A stretch of 64,000 bases of DNA. Origin: Rhodoluna sp. (lineage in GTDB: Bacteria > Actinomycetota > Actinomycetes > Actinomycetales > Microbacteriaceae). Of this stretch, positions 19,122 through 28,502 are shown piece by piece. The DNA is taken from assembly GCA_026393335.1 (NCBI GenBank), contig JAPLAJ010000053.1:13521-77520 (forward strand), read 5' to 3'. The position numbers and the translations under genes are program-made. Each line of letters opens with the position of its first letter. Within the stretch, counting starts at the first letter, position 1. Below the pieces are notes generated by a model that saw nothing but the letters and a program-made list of their open reading frames with translations, had not been told where the DNA came from and did no database searches.

Positions 19122-20828
19122 ATGTGTGAGCCTATTATCAAGGTTATGGAGTTCTTCAGCGCTGTGAGCCACGCGGCTAGCAAACAAGCTGATTGGTGGC
19201 GCTCAGCAGTTATCTACCAGGTATACCCAAGATCATTTGCCGATGGCAATGGCGATGGGATGGGAGATATAAAGGGAATAACTTCAAGACTTGATTCACT
19301 AGCGTCTTTAGGTATAGATGCCATATGGCTCTCCCCTTTCATGCCTTCACCTCAAAAGGATGCCGGCTATGACGTATCTGATTACAAAGGTGTTGACCCA
19401 TTATTTGGAACACTTGATGACTTTGATCTGATGCTCACAAGAGCTCATGAACTAGGCCTCAAGATTCTGGTTGACCTTGTTCCTAATCACTCAAGTGATC
19501 ACCACAAATGGTTTCAGGCTGCATTGAACTCACCCGAGGGTTCACCTGAACGAGAGTTCTATCACTTCAAAGATGGCAATGGAGAATTGCCTCCTAATAA
19601 CTGGGTATCTATGTTTGGTGGTCCTGCATGGACAAGAATCACTAACCCTGATGGAACATTAGGTCAGTGGTATTGCCACCTGTTTGATTCTTCACAACCT
19701 GATCTCAACTGGGAGAACCCAAAGGTCCAAGAAGCTTTTGAAGATATTCTTCGCTTCTGGTTAGACAGAGGCGTTGATGGCTTCAGAGTAGATCAACCAC
19801 ACGCCATGGCTAAAGCTAAAGGTTTACCTGATCATCCATATGTTGATAGAGCAGGTGCTGGCTTTATTGAAGGGGAAGAGAATCCTCCGATGTGGTTCCA
19901 AGATTCTGTGCACACCATCTTTAGAAGATGGCGTGACATCCTTGAGAGCTATCCAGGTGAGCGAGTGATGTGTGGTGAAGCATATGTGCTTCCTCTTGAC
20001 TTCATGGCTCTATGGGTTAGACCAGATGAGTTCCATCAGACATTTAACTTTAGATATCTAGATTCACTATGGACTGCAGATTCAATCTTCAAAACCATAA
20101 ATGAGTCATACAAAGCATTTGATTCTGTTGGAGCACCTAGCACCTGGGTGCTCTCTAATCACGACGTAATTAGACATGCTTCGAGGCTTGGCGGAGATTA
20201 CGGTCGATCAACCGCTTCAGATGGCATTGGACCTAAGGACCCTCAACCAGATAACGAGTTGGGACTAGCCAAGGCAAGAGCAGCCACACTATTCACTCTT
20301 GCTCTACCTGGTTCTATGTATCTCTATCAGGGAGAAGAGCTCGGTCTTCCTGAACACACAACTCTAGAAGATGAGTTCAGACAAGACCCGACCTTCTTTA
20401 GAACCAATGGCACAAGAGTTGGTAGAGACGGTTGTCGAGTTCCACTGCCTTGGGAAGCAGGAGCTAACGATTCCAATGGGTTCTCTTCAACTGGTAAGGC
20501 TTGGTTACCTCAACCAGAGATCTATAAGAATTATTCAAGAAACCTCCAAGAGGGAGTAACTGGCTCAACACTTGAAATGTATAAACAAGCCCTAGCAATC
20601 AGGAAGGAACTTGACCTAGGTCAGGGTTCTTTCGAATGGGTTCAAGAACTTTGTAGCTCAGATGTTCTTGCTTTTAGAAACAAAGAGATTCTTGTAATTC
20701 ACAACTTTGGTCACAACTTTGGCAATAAGCCATTAGAAATACAAAACAAGACTTTGATTATTTCGAGCTCTGCTGAAACCTCAGCTGGCTTGGTGCAACC
20801 AAACGAAACTGTTTGGTTAACGAACTAA
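19122..20828 (+). CDS. GH13 alpha-glucosidase family (paralog 2). An alternative start is ATG 19146.
   Basis: It carries the same GH13 regions as paralog 1 (VIYQVYPRSFADGNGDGMGDIKG, DLVPNHSS, GFRVDQPHA, SNHD). Long peptide blocks are shared with 13146..14873. Confidence 0.9.
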   Translation: MCEPIIKVMEFFSAVSHAASKQADWWRSAVIYQVYPRSFADGNGDGMGDIKGITSRLDSLASLGIDAIWLSPFMPSPQKDAGYDVSDYKGVDPLFGTLDDFDLMLTRAHELGLKILVDLVPNHSSDHHKWFQAALNSPEGSPEREFYHFKDGNGELPPNNWVSMFGGPAWTRITNPDGTLGQWYCHLFDSSQPDLNWENPKVQEAFEDILRFWLDRGVDGFRVDQPHAMAKAKGLPDHPYVDRAGAGFIEGEENPPMWFQDSVHTIFRRWRDILESYPGERVMCGEAYVLPLDFMALWVRPDEFHQTFNFRYLDSLWTADSIFKTINESYKAFDSVGAPSTWVLSNHDVIRHASRLGGDYGRSTASDGIGPKDPQPDNELGLAKARAATLFTLALPGSMYLYQGEELGLPEHTTLEDEFRQDPTFFRTNGTRVGRDGCRVPLPWEAGANDSNGFSSTGKAWLPQPEIYKNYSRNLQEGVTGSTLEMYKQALAIRKELDLGQGSFEWVQELCSSDVLAFRNKEILVIHNFGHNFGNKPLEIQNKTLIISSSAETSAGLVQPNETVWLTN

Positions 20829-21226
20829 TACTTTTCTAGTAGTTCGAAGTAAGCACACACAACCATCGACTCTGGTTTGACTTCATGGCCGCAGCCTTCC
20901 CAGAATGCTCTGTGGCTTCTCCTGAAGTCATCCCCGCTGAGATCTCCTTCCGCTTCAGCCAGAGCAAACTCATCTGAAACTTCATCAAACTGCACCACAT
21001 CTACTCTTGTGATTTGAATTTTGCCAACAGGCTGGTTCTCGTTTCCAACAAGAATGAAGATTTCACCAACACTTTCAACTGGCTCATCCTCGTCGTAGTC
21101 GTATTCCAGCATGCCGGCTGTGGCCCGCTTATTTCCGTTGAAGACGAAATCCAGAAGCCTGTCTCTCATCTCAGCGCCATCACCGAACTCAAGAAGTCTG
21201 TGTCCATCAATGCGTTCAACTGTCAT
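20825..21226 (-). CDS. ASCH (PUA-like) domain protein
   Basis: The 133-aa product contains NGNKRATAG and later ALAEAEGD...FRRSHRAFW, typical of ASCH domain proteins. Confidence 0.7.
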   Translation of the reverse strand: MTVERIDGHRLLEFGDGAEMRDRLLDFVFNGNKRATAGMLEYDYDEDEPVESVGEIFILVGNENQPVGKIQITRVDVVQFDEVSDEFALAEAEGDLSGDDFRRSHRAFWEGCGHEVKPESMVVCAYFELLEKY

Positions 21227-21297
21227 ATCTAAATGCTACAAAACTTAAAGCCGTAGTCTTTAATTGAATTAGTACCAAAACCCTAGACGAGAGCATC

Positions 21298-21759
21298 ATG
21301 ACACCTAAGAAACTATTCAATACCTTTGCTAAAGCCGAAGCAGTTACCTGGACACTACTTATAACTGCACTGATTCTTAGGGCTACAGGTTTTGACCCAG
21401 TAGCTGTCGCTATTGCTGGAAGCATCCACGGTGCTGTGTTCCTAGGTTATGCAGTGACCGCAGCATTGACAGGTGTGAACCAAAGATGGGGATTTGGTAA
21501 GACAACTCTTGCAGTTGCTTTGGCAATTGTTCCTTATGCAACTATTCCTTTTGAGATAAGAGTTGCCAAGAACGGTTCTCTTGACGGATCTTGGCGAACA
21601 GAAGTAAGTGAAGACCCAAGAGATAAGGGATTCATTGACAGATTGTTCCGCTGGTTCATTGCAAGACCAGTAATTCTGGTTGTTGTTATTGTGGTTGGCC
21701 TTACAGCCTTGTTCTCTTTACTGGTAACCCTGGGCCCACCGAATGAATGGTTCGACTAG
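21298..21759 (+). CDS. DUF3817-family membrane protein
   Basis: FAKAEAVTWTLLITALILR...GSIHGAVFLGYAV is the pattern seen in DUF3817. Four hydrophobic segments are present. Confidence 0.65.
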   Translation: MTPKKLFNTFAKAEAVTWTLLITALILRATGFDPVAVAIAGSIHGAVFLGYAVTAALTGVNQRWGFGKTTLAVALAIVPYATIPFEIRVAKNGSLDGSWRTEVSEDPRDKGFIDRLFRWFIARPVILVVVIVVGLTALFSLLVTLGPPNEWFD

Positions 21760-24700
21760 GTATTCAGAATCTTCTTGATTCTCTCTAGCGATACTGGTTC
21801 CACTGTTCCAAGACTTTGAGCAAATAGGCTCACTCTAAATTCCTCTAAGGCCCAACGTGCCTTCACGATGTTTTCAGGCATGCCATCTTTCAACGGCAAA
21901 GAACCACCAGCATTTTCAAACAGCAAGATTGCTTGATTGAGTTCAATCTCTAAACGTCTATCTCTTTCAAGATCTTCAAGTAACTTGTTTGTTCTTATCT
22001 TGTTAGCTTGGAGATAGACAGGCAAACGATTCAGTCTTTGTAAACCTGTTGTGCTGATGAGTTTGCTTGTCATTAGTTGAGCTAAGTGCTTCTTTTGATT
22101 AGCTAAGACAAACAACAGAGAAATATCTTGAAGAAGCGATATAGCTTTACTCGCTTCTCTTGAAAGTAGTGAAACCTGCGAGATAACCTGCATGCACCTT
22201 TGACACTCTTCAAGAGCCTTGCTTGCAACTTCTTTGCTAACAATGGAAGTGTCTAGATTCGACAAAGTCTGATTCTCAATCTGTTCTTCAGTTAGAGCCA
22301 GAATTACATCTTCAACGAAAGCAGCTATGTTTCGATAGCCGACAGAAACAATGGCTAGCTTGTCCTCTTTGGATAAACCTTCAGTAACTTGAGCAACTGG
22401 CGCATTTACTAGAGATATAACCTCATTGATGAACTGCTGTCTTAGTTTCAAGGCATCAATGTTTGGAGTTAGCACCTTTGCCATACCTGGCTTGTGTTTG
22501 ATGAAGGCTGGATCGAACTTCTGCTTGAGTTCATCAAGTTCAAGGCTTACGCCTTTTATCTCTTTGTTTTCAGCTACTGTTTTGTAAGTAATACGCAGAG
22601 AGTGCGGAAGTTCTTCCGGTTTGAAATCAGTCGCAGTCATGTGTGTACCACTTAGTGTTCTAAGTGTTTTAGCAATGGTTTCAACAAGTGGCTCTGTTGG
22701 GTTCTCTGGAAGCGTGGCTAGTGCTTTTTCAGCCCAGTCAGCAGCTGGCACAACATACTTCCTGATGTTCTTAGGAAGAGTTCTAATCAGTTCAGCAATC
22801 AAGTCTTTTCTTAGTTCTGGAACTAACCAGTCAAAAGCATCTCGGGTTATGGTTGGAAGCTCCGCGATTGGAATAACAACAGTTAGACCATCTTCGATTT
22901 CCCCTGGTTGATACTTGTGTTCCAGCTTGTAGGTGTTCTCACCAAAGGTCCACTTACTAGGTATCTCAATACGTTCTGTAGTTTCTGGCGGTAACAGGTC
23001 TTCGCGAGTCATAGTTAGAAGGTTTGGTGTATCTCTCTGAGCTTTCTTCCACCAACCTTCAAAGCTTCTGGTTGAAACAACTTCTTGAGGAATTCTTGTC
23101 TGATAGAAACGGAAGACATCTTCATCATCAGGAGCATAAAGAGGTTTCTTAGATGTCTCCGCTAGTTCTTCTAGTCGCTTGAGTACCTCTTTGTTTTCTC
23201 TATCAAAGCGCTGCTTTGAATCCCACTCACCTTGAACAAGAGCGTGTCTAATAAATAGTTCTCTAGAGAGTTTCATATCAAGTCTGGAATACTGCATTCT
23301 TCTTGAGACAACAATCGGAACACCAAAGAGCATCACTCGCTCATAGGCAACAACAGAGCCTTGAGATTTCTCCCAGTGCGGTTCACTGAAAGATCTCTTT
23401 ACTAGATCTCCTGCAAGAGCCTCTGCCCATTCAGGGTTGATGGCTGCATTCATGCGAGCAAAAACACGGCTTGTTTCAACAAGTTCAGCACTCATCACGG
23501 CAGCAGGTGGTTTCTTAGCTAGAGAAGACCCTGGAAAGATAACAAACTTCTTAGCGTTAGAACCTAGGTACTCATTACTCACCTTGGCAGGCTTATCGCT
23601 CTTCTTGACTAGATCTCCAGCCTTCTTATCACTTAGTTGCTTGAGTCCTATTTGAGAGAGCAGACCTGAGAGCAAGCTCTTATGAATACCATCAGGGTCT
23701 GCTTTAGCTTCTCCTGGAATAAGGCCTAGTGGTTTAGCGATGGTTGTTATCTGTCTAACTAGGTCTTGCCATTCTCTGACTCTTAGATAGTTGAGAAACT
23801 CGTTCTTACAAAGTCTTCTAAATGCAGATGACGAGAGTGCTTTCTGTTTTTGTTCTATGTAATTCCAAAGATTTAGAAGAGTCAGAAAATCACTTGTGAC
23901 ATCAGTGAATCTTGCATGGGCTTGATCTGCTTGCGGTCTCTTGATTACAGGTCGCTCTCTAGGGTCTTGAATAGTAAGACCTGCAACAATAATCATCACT
24001 TCACGAACTAGGTCATGTTTTCTTGATTCAAGTAACATGCGACCAAAGCGAGGTTCAATCGGTAACCTTGCTAGATCTTTACCAATAGGTGTGAGTTCAA
24101 CTGTCTTACTCTTTGGATCTTTCAAACAACCAAGTTCTCCTAGAAGAGCAAGTCCATCTTTAACACCTCTTTGTTCTGGTGCTTGAAGAAATGGGAACTT
24201 AGTTATCTCACCTAGATCTAATTGAGCTGCTTGCAGAATTACAGAAGCAAGGTTGGTTCTTAGAATCTCAGGATCAGTGAACTCTGACTTAGCTTCATAC
24301 TCAAGTTCCGAATAGAGCCTGATGACAACACCTGGGCTTGTTCTTCCTGCACGTCCTGCTCTTTGATTAGCACTGGCCTTAGAGATTGCTTCAATAGGGA
24401 GTCTTTGTACCTTTGCTGCCGGTGAGTATCTAGAGATACGAGCAGTTCCAGCATCGATAACGTATTTGATGTTTGGGATAGTAAGAGATGTTTCAGCAAC
24501 GTTAGTTGCCAAGATGATTCTTCTCTTGAGGCCTGCAACCTTGCTGGTTTCAAATACCCTGTGTTGTTCAGCTGAAGATAATCTTCCATAAAGAGGTAAT
24601 ACTTCAATGCCTGCGCCTAGAGCACCGGATGTGATTCTTCCTTGAATAGCTTCTTGAGCATCTTTGATCTCTGATTCACCTGAAAGGAAAACAAGGACAT

Positions 24701-25427
24701 CTCCTTGTTCTTCAAGAAGTAATTCATCAAGGGCACTCAGGATTCCATCGATGTAATCTCTGGCTGTTGTGCTGGCATCAGGATCTGGATTGTCTTCTTC
24801 ATCCTGATTGATGGGACGATATCTAACCTCAATAGGAAATGTTCTTCCAGAGACTTCAATGATAGGAGCATCATTGAAGTGCTTACTAAAAGATCCTGGG
24901 TCAATAGTTGCTGAAGTGATGATGACTTTTAGATCTGGTCTTTTAGGAAGTAGCTGTTTGATGTATCCGAGCAGGAAGTCGATGTTTAGGCTGCGCTCGT
25001 GAGCCTCATCGATGATGATGGTGTCGTACTGCTCAAGCTTCCTGTTTCTCTGCATCGCATTGAGCAAAATGCCATCAGTCATTACTTTGACTTTGGTTTT
25101 AGGACTTGACTGATCTGTGAACCTAACTTGGTAACCAACTAGGTCTCCAAGATCAACCTTTAGTTCTTCAGCAATACGCTCGGCTACCGCTCTGGCTGCG
25201 ATTCTTCTTGGTTGAGTGTGAGCGATGCTGGTTCTACCCAGCTCAAGACACATCTTGGGAATCTGCGTGGTCTTACCAGAACCTGTTGCTCCAGCTACAA
25301 CAACTACCTGGTTGTTCTTGATAGCTTCCAGAATCTCGCTACGGCGAGCGCTTACCGGTAAGTCTTCCGGGTAGCTAATCTTCTGGATGTTCACTAGACC
25401 AATGGTATTTGGCTCTAGCCCTGCCAA
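21756..25427 (-). CDS. hrpA: ATP-dependent RNA helicase HrpA (DEAH box)
   Basis: The 1223-aa product contains GATGSGKTTQIPK, IIIDEAHERS, TNVAETSLTI and QRAGRAGR, plus the long HrpA C-terminal region. The predicted start is TTG. Confidence 0.93.
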   Translation of the reverse strand: MAGLEPNTIGLVNIQKISYPEDLPVSARRSEILEAIKNNQVVVVAGATGSGKTTQIPKMCLELGRTSIAHTQPRRIAARAVAERIAEELKVDLGDLVGYQVRFTDQSSPKTKVKVMTDGILLNAMQRNRKLEQYDTIIIDEAHERSLNIDFLLGYIKQLLPKRPDLKVIITSATIDPGSFSKHFNDAPIIEVSGRTFPIEVRYRPINQDEEDNPDPDASTTARDYIDGILSALDELLLEEQGDVLVFLSGESEIKDAQEAIQGRITSGALGAGIEVLPLYGRLSSAEQHRVFETSKVAGLKRRIILATNVAETSLTIPNIKYVIDAGTARISRYSPAAKVQRLPIEAISKASANQRAGRAGRTSPGVVIRLYSELEYEAKSEFTDPEILRTNLASVILQAAQLDLGEITKFPFLQAPEQRGVKDGLALLGELGCLKDPKSKTVELTPIGKDLARLPIEPRFGRMLLESRKHDLVREVMIIVAGLTIQDPRERPVIKRPQADQAHARFTDVTSDFLTLLNLWNYIEQKQKALSSSAFRRLCKNEFLNYLRVREWQDLVRQITTIAKPLGLIPGEAKADPDGIHKSLLSGLLSQIGLKQLSDKKAGDLVKKSDKPAKVSNEYLGSNAKKFVIFPGSSLAKKPPAAVMSAELVETSRVFARMNAAINPEWAEALAGDLVKRSFSEPHWEKSQGSVVAYERVMLFGVPIVVSRRMQYSRLDMKLSRELFIRHALVQGEWDSKQRFDRENKEVLKRLEELAETSKKPLYAPDDEDVFRFYQTRIPQEVVSTRSFEGWWKKAQRDTPNLLTMTREDLLPPETTERIEIPSKWTFGENTYKLEHKYQPGEIEDGLTVVIPIAELPTITRDAFDWLVPELRKDLIAELIRTLPKNIRKYVVPAADWAEKALATLPENPTEPLVETIAKTLRTLSGTHMTATDFKPEELPHSLRITYKTVAENKEIKGVSLELDELKQKFDPAFIKHKPGMAKVLTPNIDALKLRQQFINEVISLVNAPVAQVTEGLSKEDKLAIVSVGYRNIAAFVEDVILALTEEQIENQTLSNLDTSIVSKEVASKALEECQRCMQVISQVSLLSREASKAISLLQDISLLFVLANQKKHLAQLMTSKLISTTGLQRLNRLPVYLQANKIRTNKLLEDLERDRRLEIELNQAILLFENAGGSLPLKDGMPENIVKARWALEEFRVSLFAQSLGTVEPVSLERIKKILNT

Positions 25428-25433
25428 TAAGTG

Positions 25434-25463
25434 AAAGCCCCAGCCGTGGAGGGCTGGGGCTTT
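25434..25463 (-). terminator. Hairpin terminator downstream of tRNA-Tyr
   Basis: AAAGCCCCAGCC-GTGGAG-GGCTGGGGCTTT forms a 12-bp stem. On the minus strand the stem ends in TTT, 3 nt after the tRNA 3' end. Confidence 0.7.
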
Positions 25464-25465
25464 CG

Positions 25466-25547
25466 TGGCTAGTGAGGGATTCGAACCCCCGAAGGCTGAG
25501 CCGGCTGATTTACAGTCAGATCCCTTTGGCCGCTTGGGTAACTAGCC
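25466..25547 (-). tRNA. tyrT: tRNA-Tyr (anticodon GTA, long variable arm)
   Basis: The reverse complement is GGCTAGTTACCCAAGCGGCCAAAGGGATCTGACTGTAAATCAGCCGGCTCAGCCTTCGGGGGTTCGAATCCCTCACTAGCCA. It closely parallels the architecture of E. coli tRNA-Tyr. Confidence 0.88.
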
Positions 25548-25734
25548 AGTGCTCCCGGCCGCCTGTAATCAGCCGGACGGGTGCTTGTAAAGAATACCTG
25601 AAACTAAGCCCTTACCGCCAATCGCCCTTACACAACGAATAGGTTCCAATCTCAAGGGATTACCTGTAAGGGACTGTAACAGCAGATAGATTACAGAGAG
25701 ATTTGCATACTTTTACAGAAAATAGGTTTTAGAC

Positions 25735-26757
25735 GTGGCAGGCATCGTAGATGTTGCTCGTGAGGCTGGGGTCTCAACAGCAACTGTTTCAAGAGCACTA
25801 AGTGGTAAAGATTATGTCTCTATTGAGACCAAGGAACTAGTTCAGTCAGTAGCTGACCGTTTGGGCTATGTGCCTTCGGCTTCTGCATACACGCTGGTGA
25901 CAGGTAGAACTAAGAACATTGGTGTTGTAGTTCCTTATGTTGACCGCTGGTTCTTCTCAACTGTTCTTGAAGCTATCGATAGAGAGCTAGTCAAGGCTGG
26001 CTATGACGTTACTTTGTATAACCTCTCCTCAGGTGATGATCACCGTAAGTCAATCTTCACTAAGTCTTTGCCTCGTAAGAGAGTGGACGCTGTTATCTGT
26101 GTTTCAGTGAAGATGAGTGAAGAAGAGATCTCTGCATTAACAAGAGTGAACAAGCCACTGGTATCTCTAGGTGGTTTGATCAAGGGTGCTAAGACCATCA
26201 GGATCAATGACACAGCAGCTGGAGCATTGGCTACCAACCACCTCTTGTCTATGGGTCATACCCGTATCGCCATGATTGGTCAGAGTGAATCTACCGATAA
26301 CTTCTATGGAGTCTTCGATGTTAGAAAGGTTGCTTACGAAGCAGCCTTGAAAGAAGCAGGCATTGAACCTAGACCTGGTTGGTATAGAGCAGTTCCTAGA
26401 TATGCAATTAGCGAAGGATACGCTGCTGCCAAGAATCTTCTAGGTGATCCACACAATGCACCAACAGCTATCTTTGCCTCTTCTGATGAATTGGCTGTAG
26501 GAGTATTGCTTGCTGCTAAAGACCTAGGTCTCAATGTCCCAGCAGACCTATCTATTGTCGGGGTGGATAACCACGAATTAGCTGAGTTCTTTGGAATCAC
26601 AACAATCAACCAGAATGTTGTTGGCCAAGGTGAACTATTGGCTAAGACCATGCTTGATTTACTGGATAACCCAGAGCAGAAGGTGCCTGAAATAACAGAA
26701 TGGCCTATTGAACTCATTGTCCGATCCAGCACATCAAGAGCCCCATCTCAGGCTTAG
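25735..26757 (+). CDS. LacI-family transcriptional regulator (GTG start)
   Basis: The N-terminal HTH is IVDVAREAGVSTATVSRALSG. A periplasmic-binding-protein-like sugar-binding core follows. Confidence 0.9.
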   Translation: MAGIVDVAREAGVSTATVSRALSGKDYVSIETKELVQSVADRLGYVPSASAYTLVTGRTKNIGVVVPYVDRWFFSTVLEAIDRELVKAGYDVTLYNLSSGDDHRKSIFTKSLPRKRVDAVICVSVKMSEEEISALTRVNKPLVSLGGLIKGAKTIRINDTAAGALATNHLLSMGHTRIAMIGQSESTDNFYGVFDVRKVAYEAALKEAGIEPRPGWYRAVPRYAISEGYAAAKNLLGDPHNAPTAIFASSDELAVGVLLAAKDLGLNVPADLSIVGVDNHELAEFFGITTINQNVVGQGELLAKTMLDLLDNPEQKVPEITEWPIELIVRSSTSRAPSQA

Positions 26758-26775
26758 TTCGTTAGAATCACTGTT

Positions 26776-27264
26776 ATGGCAGATTCCTCATTCGACATAG
26801 TCAGCAAAGTTGACAAGCAAGAAGCGTCTAACGCTCTAACTCAGGCTGAAAAAGAAATTGAACAGCGCTATGACTTCAAAGGTGTTGGCGCATCAATTGA
26901 ATGGTCAGGCGAAAAGATCTTGATGAAGGCAAATAGCGAAGAGCGCGTTAAGGCTGTTCTAGATGTTTTCCAGAGCAAGTTGGTCAAGCGTGGCATATCG
27001 CTCAAGAGTTTGGATGACGGCAAGCCTTATGCATCTGGTAAAGAATTCCGTATCGAAGCCACACTAAAAGATGGCATCGAACAGCCTGAGGCTAAAAAGA
27101 TTGCTGCAATCATTCGTGAGCAGGGACCTAAGTCAGTCAAGGCAAACATTCAAGGTGATGAGCTAAGAGTTGTTAGCAAAAGCCGTGATGATCTTCAAGA
27201 AGTCATGGAGCTTTTGCGTTCAAGCGATCTAGATATTGACGTTCAGTTCACTAACTATCGCTAA
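26776..27264 (+). CDS. yajQ: YajQ-family nucleotide/c-di-GMP-binding protein (UPF0234)
   Basis: The 162-aa product begins SSFDIVSKVDKQEASNALTQAEKEIEQRYDFKG, the canonical YajQ N-terminus. Confidence 0.9.
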   Translation: MADSSFDIVSKVDKQEASNALTQAEKEIEQRYDFKGVGASIEWSGEKILMKANSEERVKAVLDVFQSKLVKRGISLKSLDDGKPYASGKEFRIEATLKDGIEQPEAKKIAAIIREQGPKSVKANIQGDELRVVSKSRDDLQEVMELLRSSDLDIDVQFTNYR

Positions 27265-27267
27265 ATA

Positions 27268-28500
27268 CTAAATCTCAGGATTTAGCTTTATCTCTTTATG
27301 CCTATTAGCAACTAGTCCTGCAATTAAGCCTGCAATAGCGAATGTGACTATTGGGAAAATCATTGCTAATGGTAAAGATGATGCATCAATGAGTGAACCC
27401 ATAAACATCTTGGCGAATATGACAACAATTGTGTTGAACAAAAGCATTCTGCTTAGCGCTTGAGCAGCTGATAAACCTTCTACGTTTCCTGCCGCACTGA
27501 AGTAGCCCGGCACCATGGATGAGATTCCAAGTCCAGCAATTGCGAAGAAAAGACAAAGTAGGAATAGCGCAAGTGCTTGATTGGATTGAGCCAAGCTAGC
27601 AGAAGTGAAAACTGCCAAAGCTAATGCCACTGAACCAAAAAGCCCGCCAACCTGAGAAAGTCTGGCAACGTTGTATTTCAAAGTGAGTCTGCCGATAGAG
27701 AATCGACCAACAATCATGGCGATAACAAACACTGTGTATGGCCAGGCTGCTCTTGAAGGATCAAGGCTTAGAACTTCTTTGCCATAAACACTTGCCCAGT
27801 CCATGACCACTAGTTCTGGCCACATCCCCATAAACCCACCAACAGATAACAGCCATAAGAACCTAGGTGTCTTCAGCCAAGAGATACGTTTCTCTGGAAC
27901 ATCTTTATCAACAGCATCGCTCTCTGTTGGTTGAATCATATGACGGGCTGCCCAGAGGAAAAGGATGATGCAAAGCAGAGGCATTAGGAACATCTGAAGC
28001 TTAAGGGGTGTGAAGGCTGCGATTACACCTGAGACCGCTGCGGATGTGGCTGCACCAATACTCCAAGAGCCGTGGAAGCTACCTAGCAACACCTTGTCCA
28101 CTCGCTTTTGGAACATAACAGCTTGAGAGTTAAGAGCAATGTTGAAAACACTGATTGAGAACGATAGGAAGAAGTTCAGAATCATAAACAACCACCACTG
28201 AGTTGGATATGGCAGTGCAAGCAAAATACCAGACAGAGCAACGCTTGAATATTTGATGATTGGTGTTGTGCCAAATCTTATGATCAAACGACTGGTGAAC
28301 AACAAAGGGATAAGAGCACCTGCTCCACCAAAACCAATAATGGTTCCCCAAAGTTCTTTAGAAACATTTAGGTTTTCAATGAACTCTGGAATACGAGGCA
28401 TCCAAGATAAAGTGGCGAAGCCCTGAGAGAAGAAGATAACCATCAGTGCAAACTGAGCGGTCTTTGCTCTCTTATCTGAGATCCCTGTTTTCTTACTCAT
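27268..28500 (-). CDS. MFS transporter
   Basis: The 410-aa product has about 12 hydrophobic segments. The substrate is unknown. Confidence 0.75.
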   Translation of the reverse strand: MSKKTGISDKRAKTAQFALMVIFFSQGFATLSWMPRIPEFIENLNVSKELWGTIIGFGGAGALIPLLFTSRLIIRFGTTPIIKYSSVALSGILLALPYPTQWWLFMILNFFLSFSISVFNIALNSQAVMFQKRVDKVLLGSFHGSWSIGAATSAAVSGVIAAFTPLKLQMFLMPLLCIILFLWAARHMIQPTESDAVDKDVPEKRISWLKTPRFLWLLSVGGFMGMWPELVVMDWASVYGKEVLSLDPSRAAWPYTVFVIAMIVGRFSIGRLTLKYNVARLSQVGGLFGSVALALAVFTSASLAQSNQALALFLLCLFFAIAGLGISSMVPGYFSAAGNVEGLSAAQALSRMLLFNTIVVIFAKMFMGSLIDASSLPLAMIFPIVTFAIAGLIAGLVANRHKEIKLNPEI

Positions 28501-28502
28501 CC

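Noticed and set aside
25548-25734. A cluster of TGTAA/TTACA-like words and an 8-bp inverted repeat (CCCTTACA 25625-25632 / TGTAAGGG 25665-25672) upstream of the LacI gene.
   Set aside because: None of the copies forms a 14-bp site with central CG like those at 12928 and 13081. Short AT-rich words recur easily, so the evidence is too weak to call an autoregulatory operator.
26334-26732. A 132-aa minus-strand ORF.
   Set aside because: It is antisense to the well-supported LacI-family gene and has no motif.
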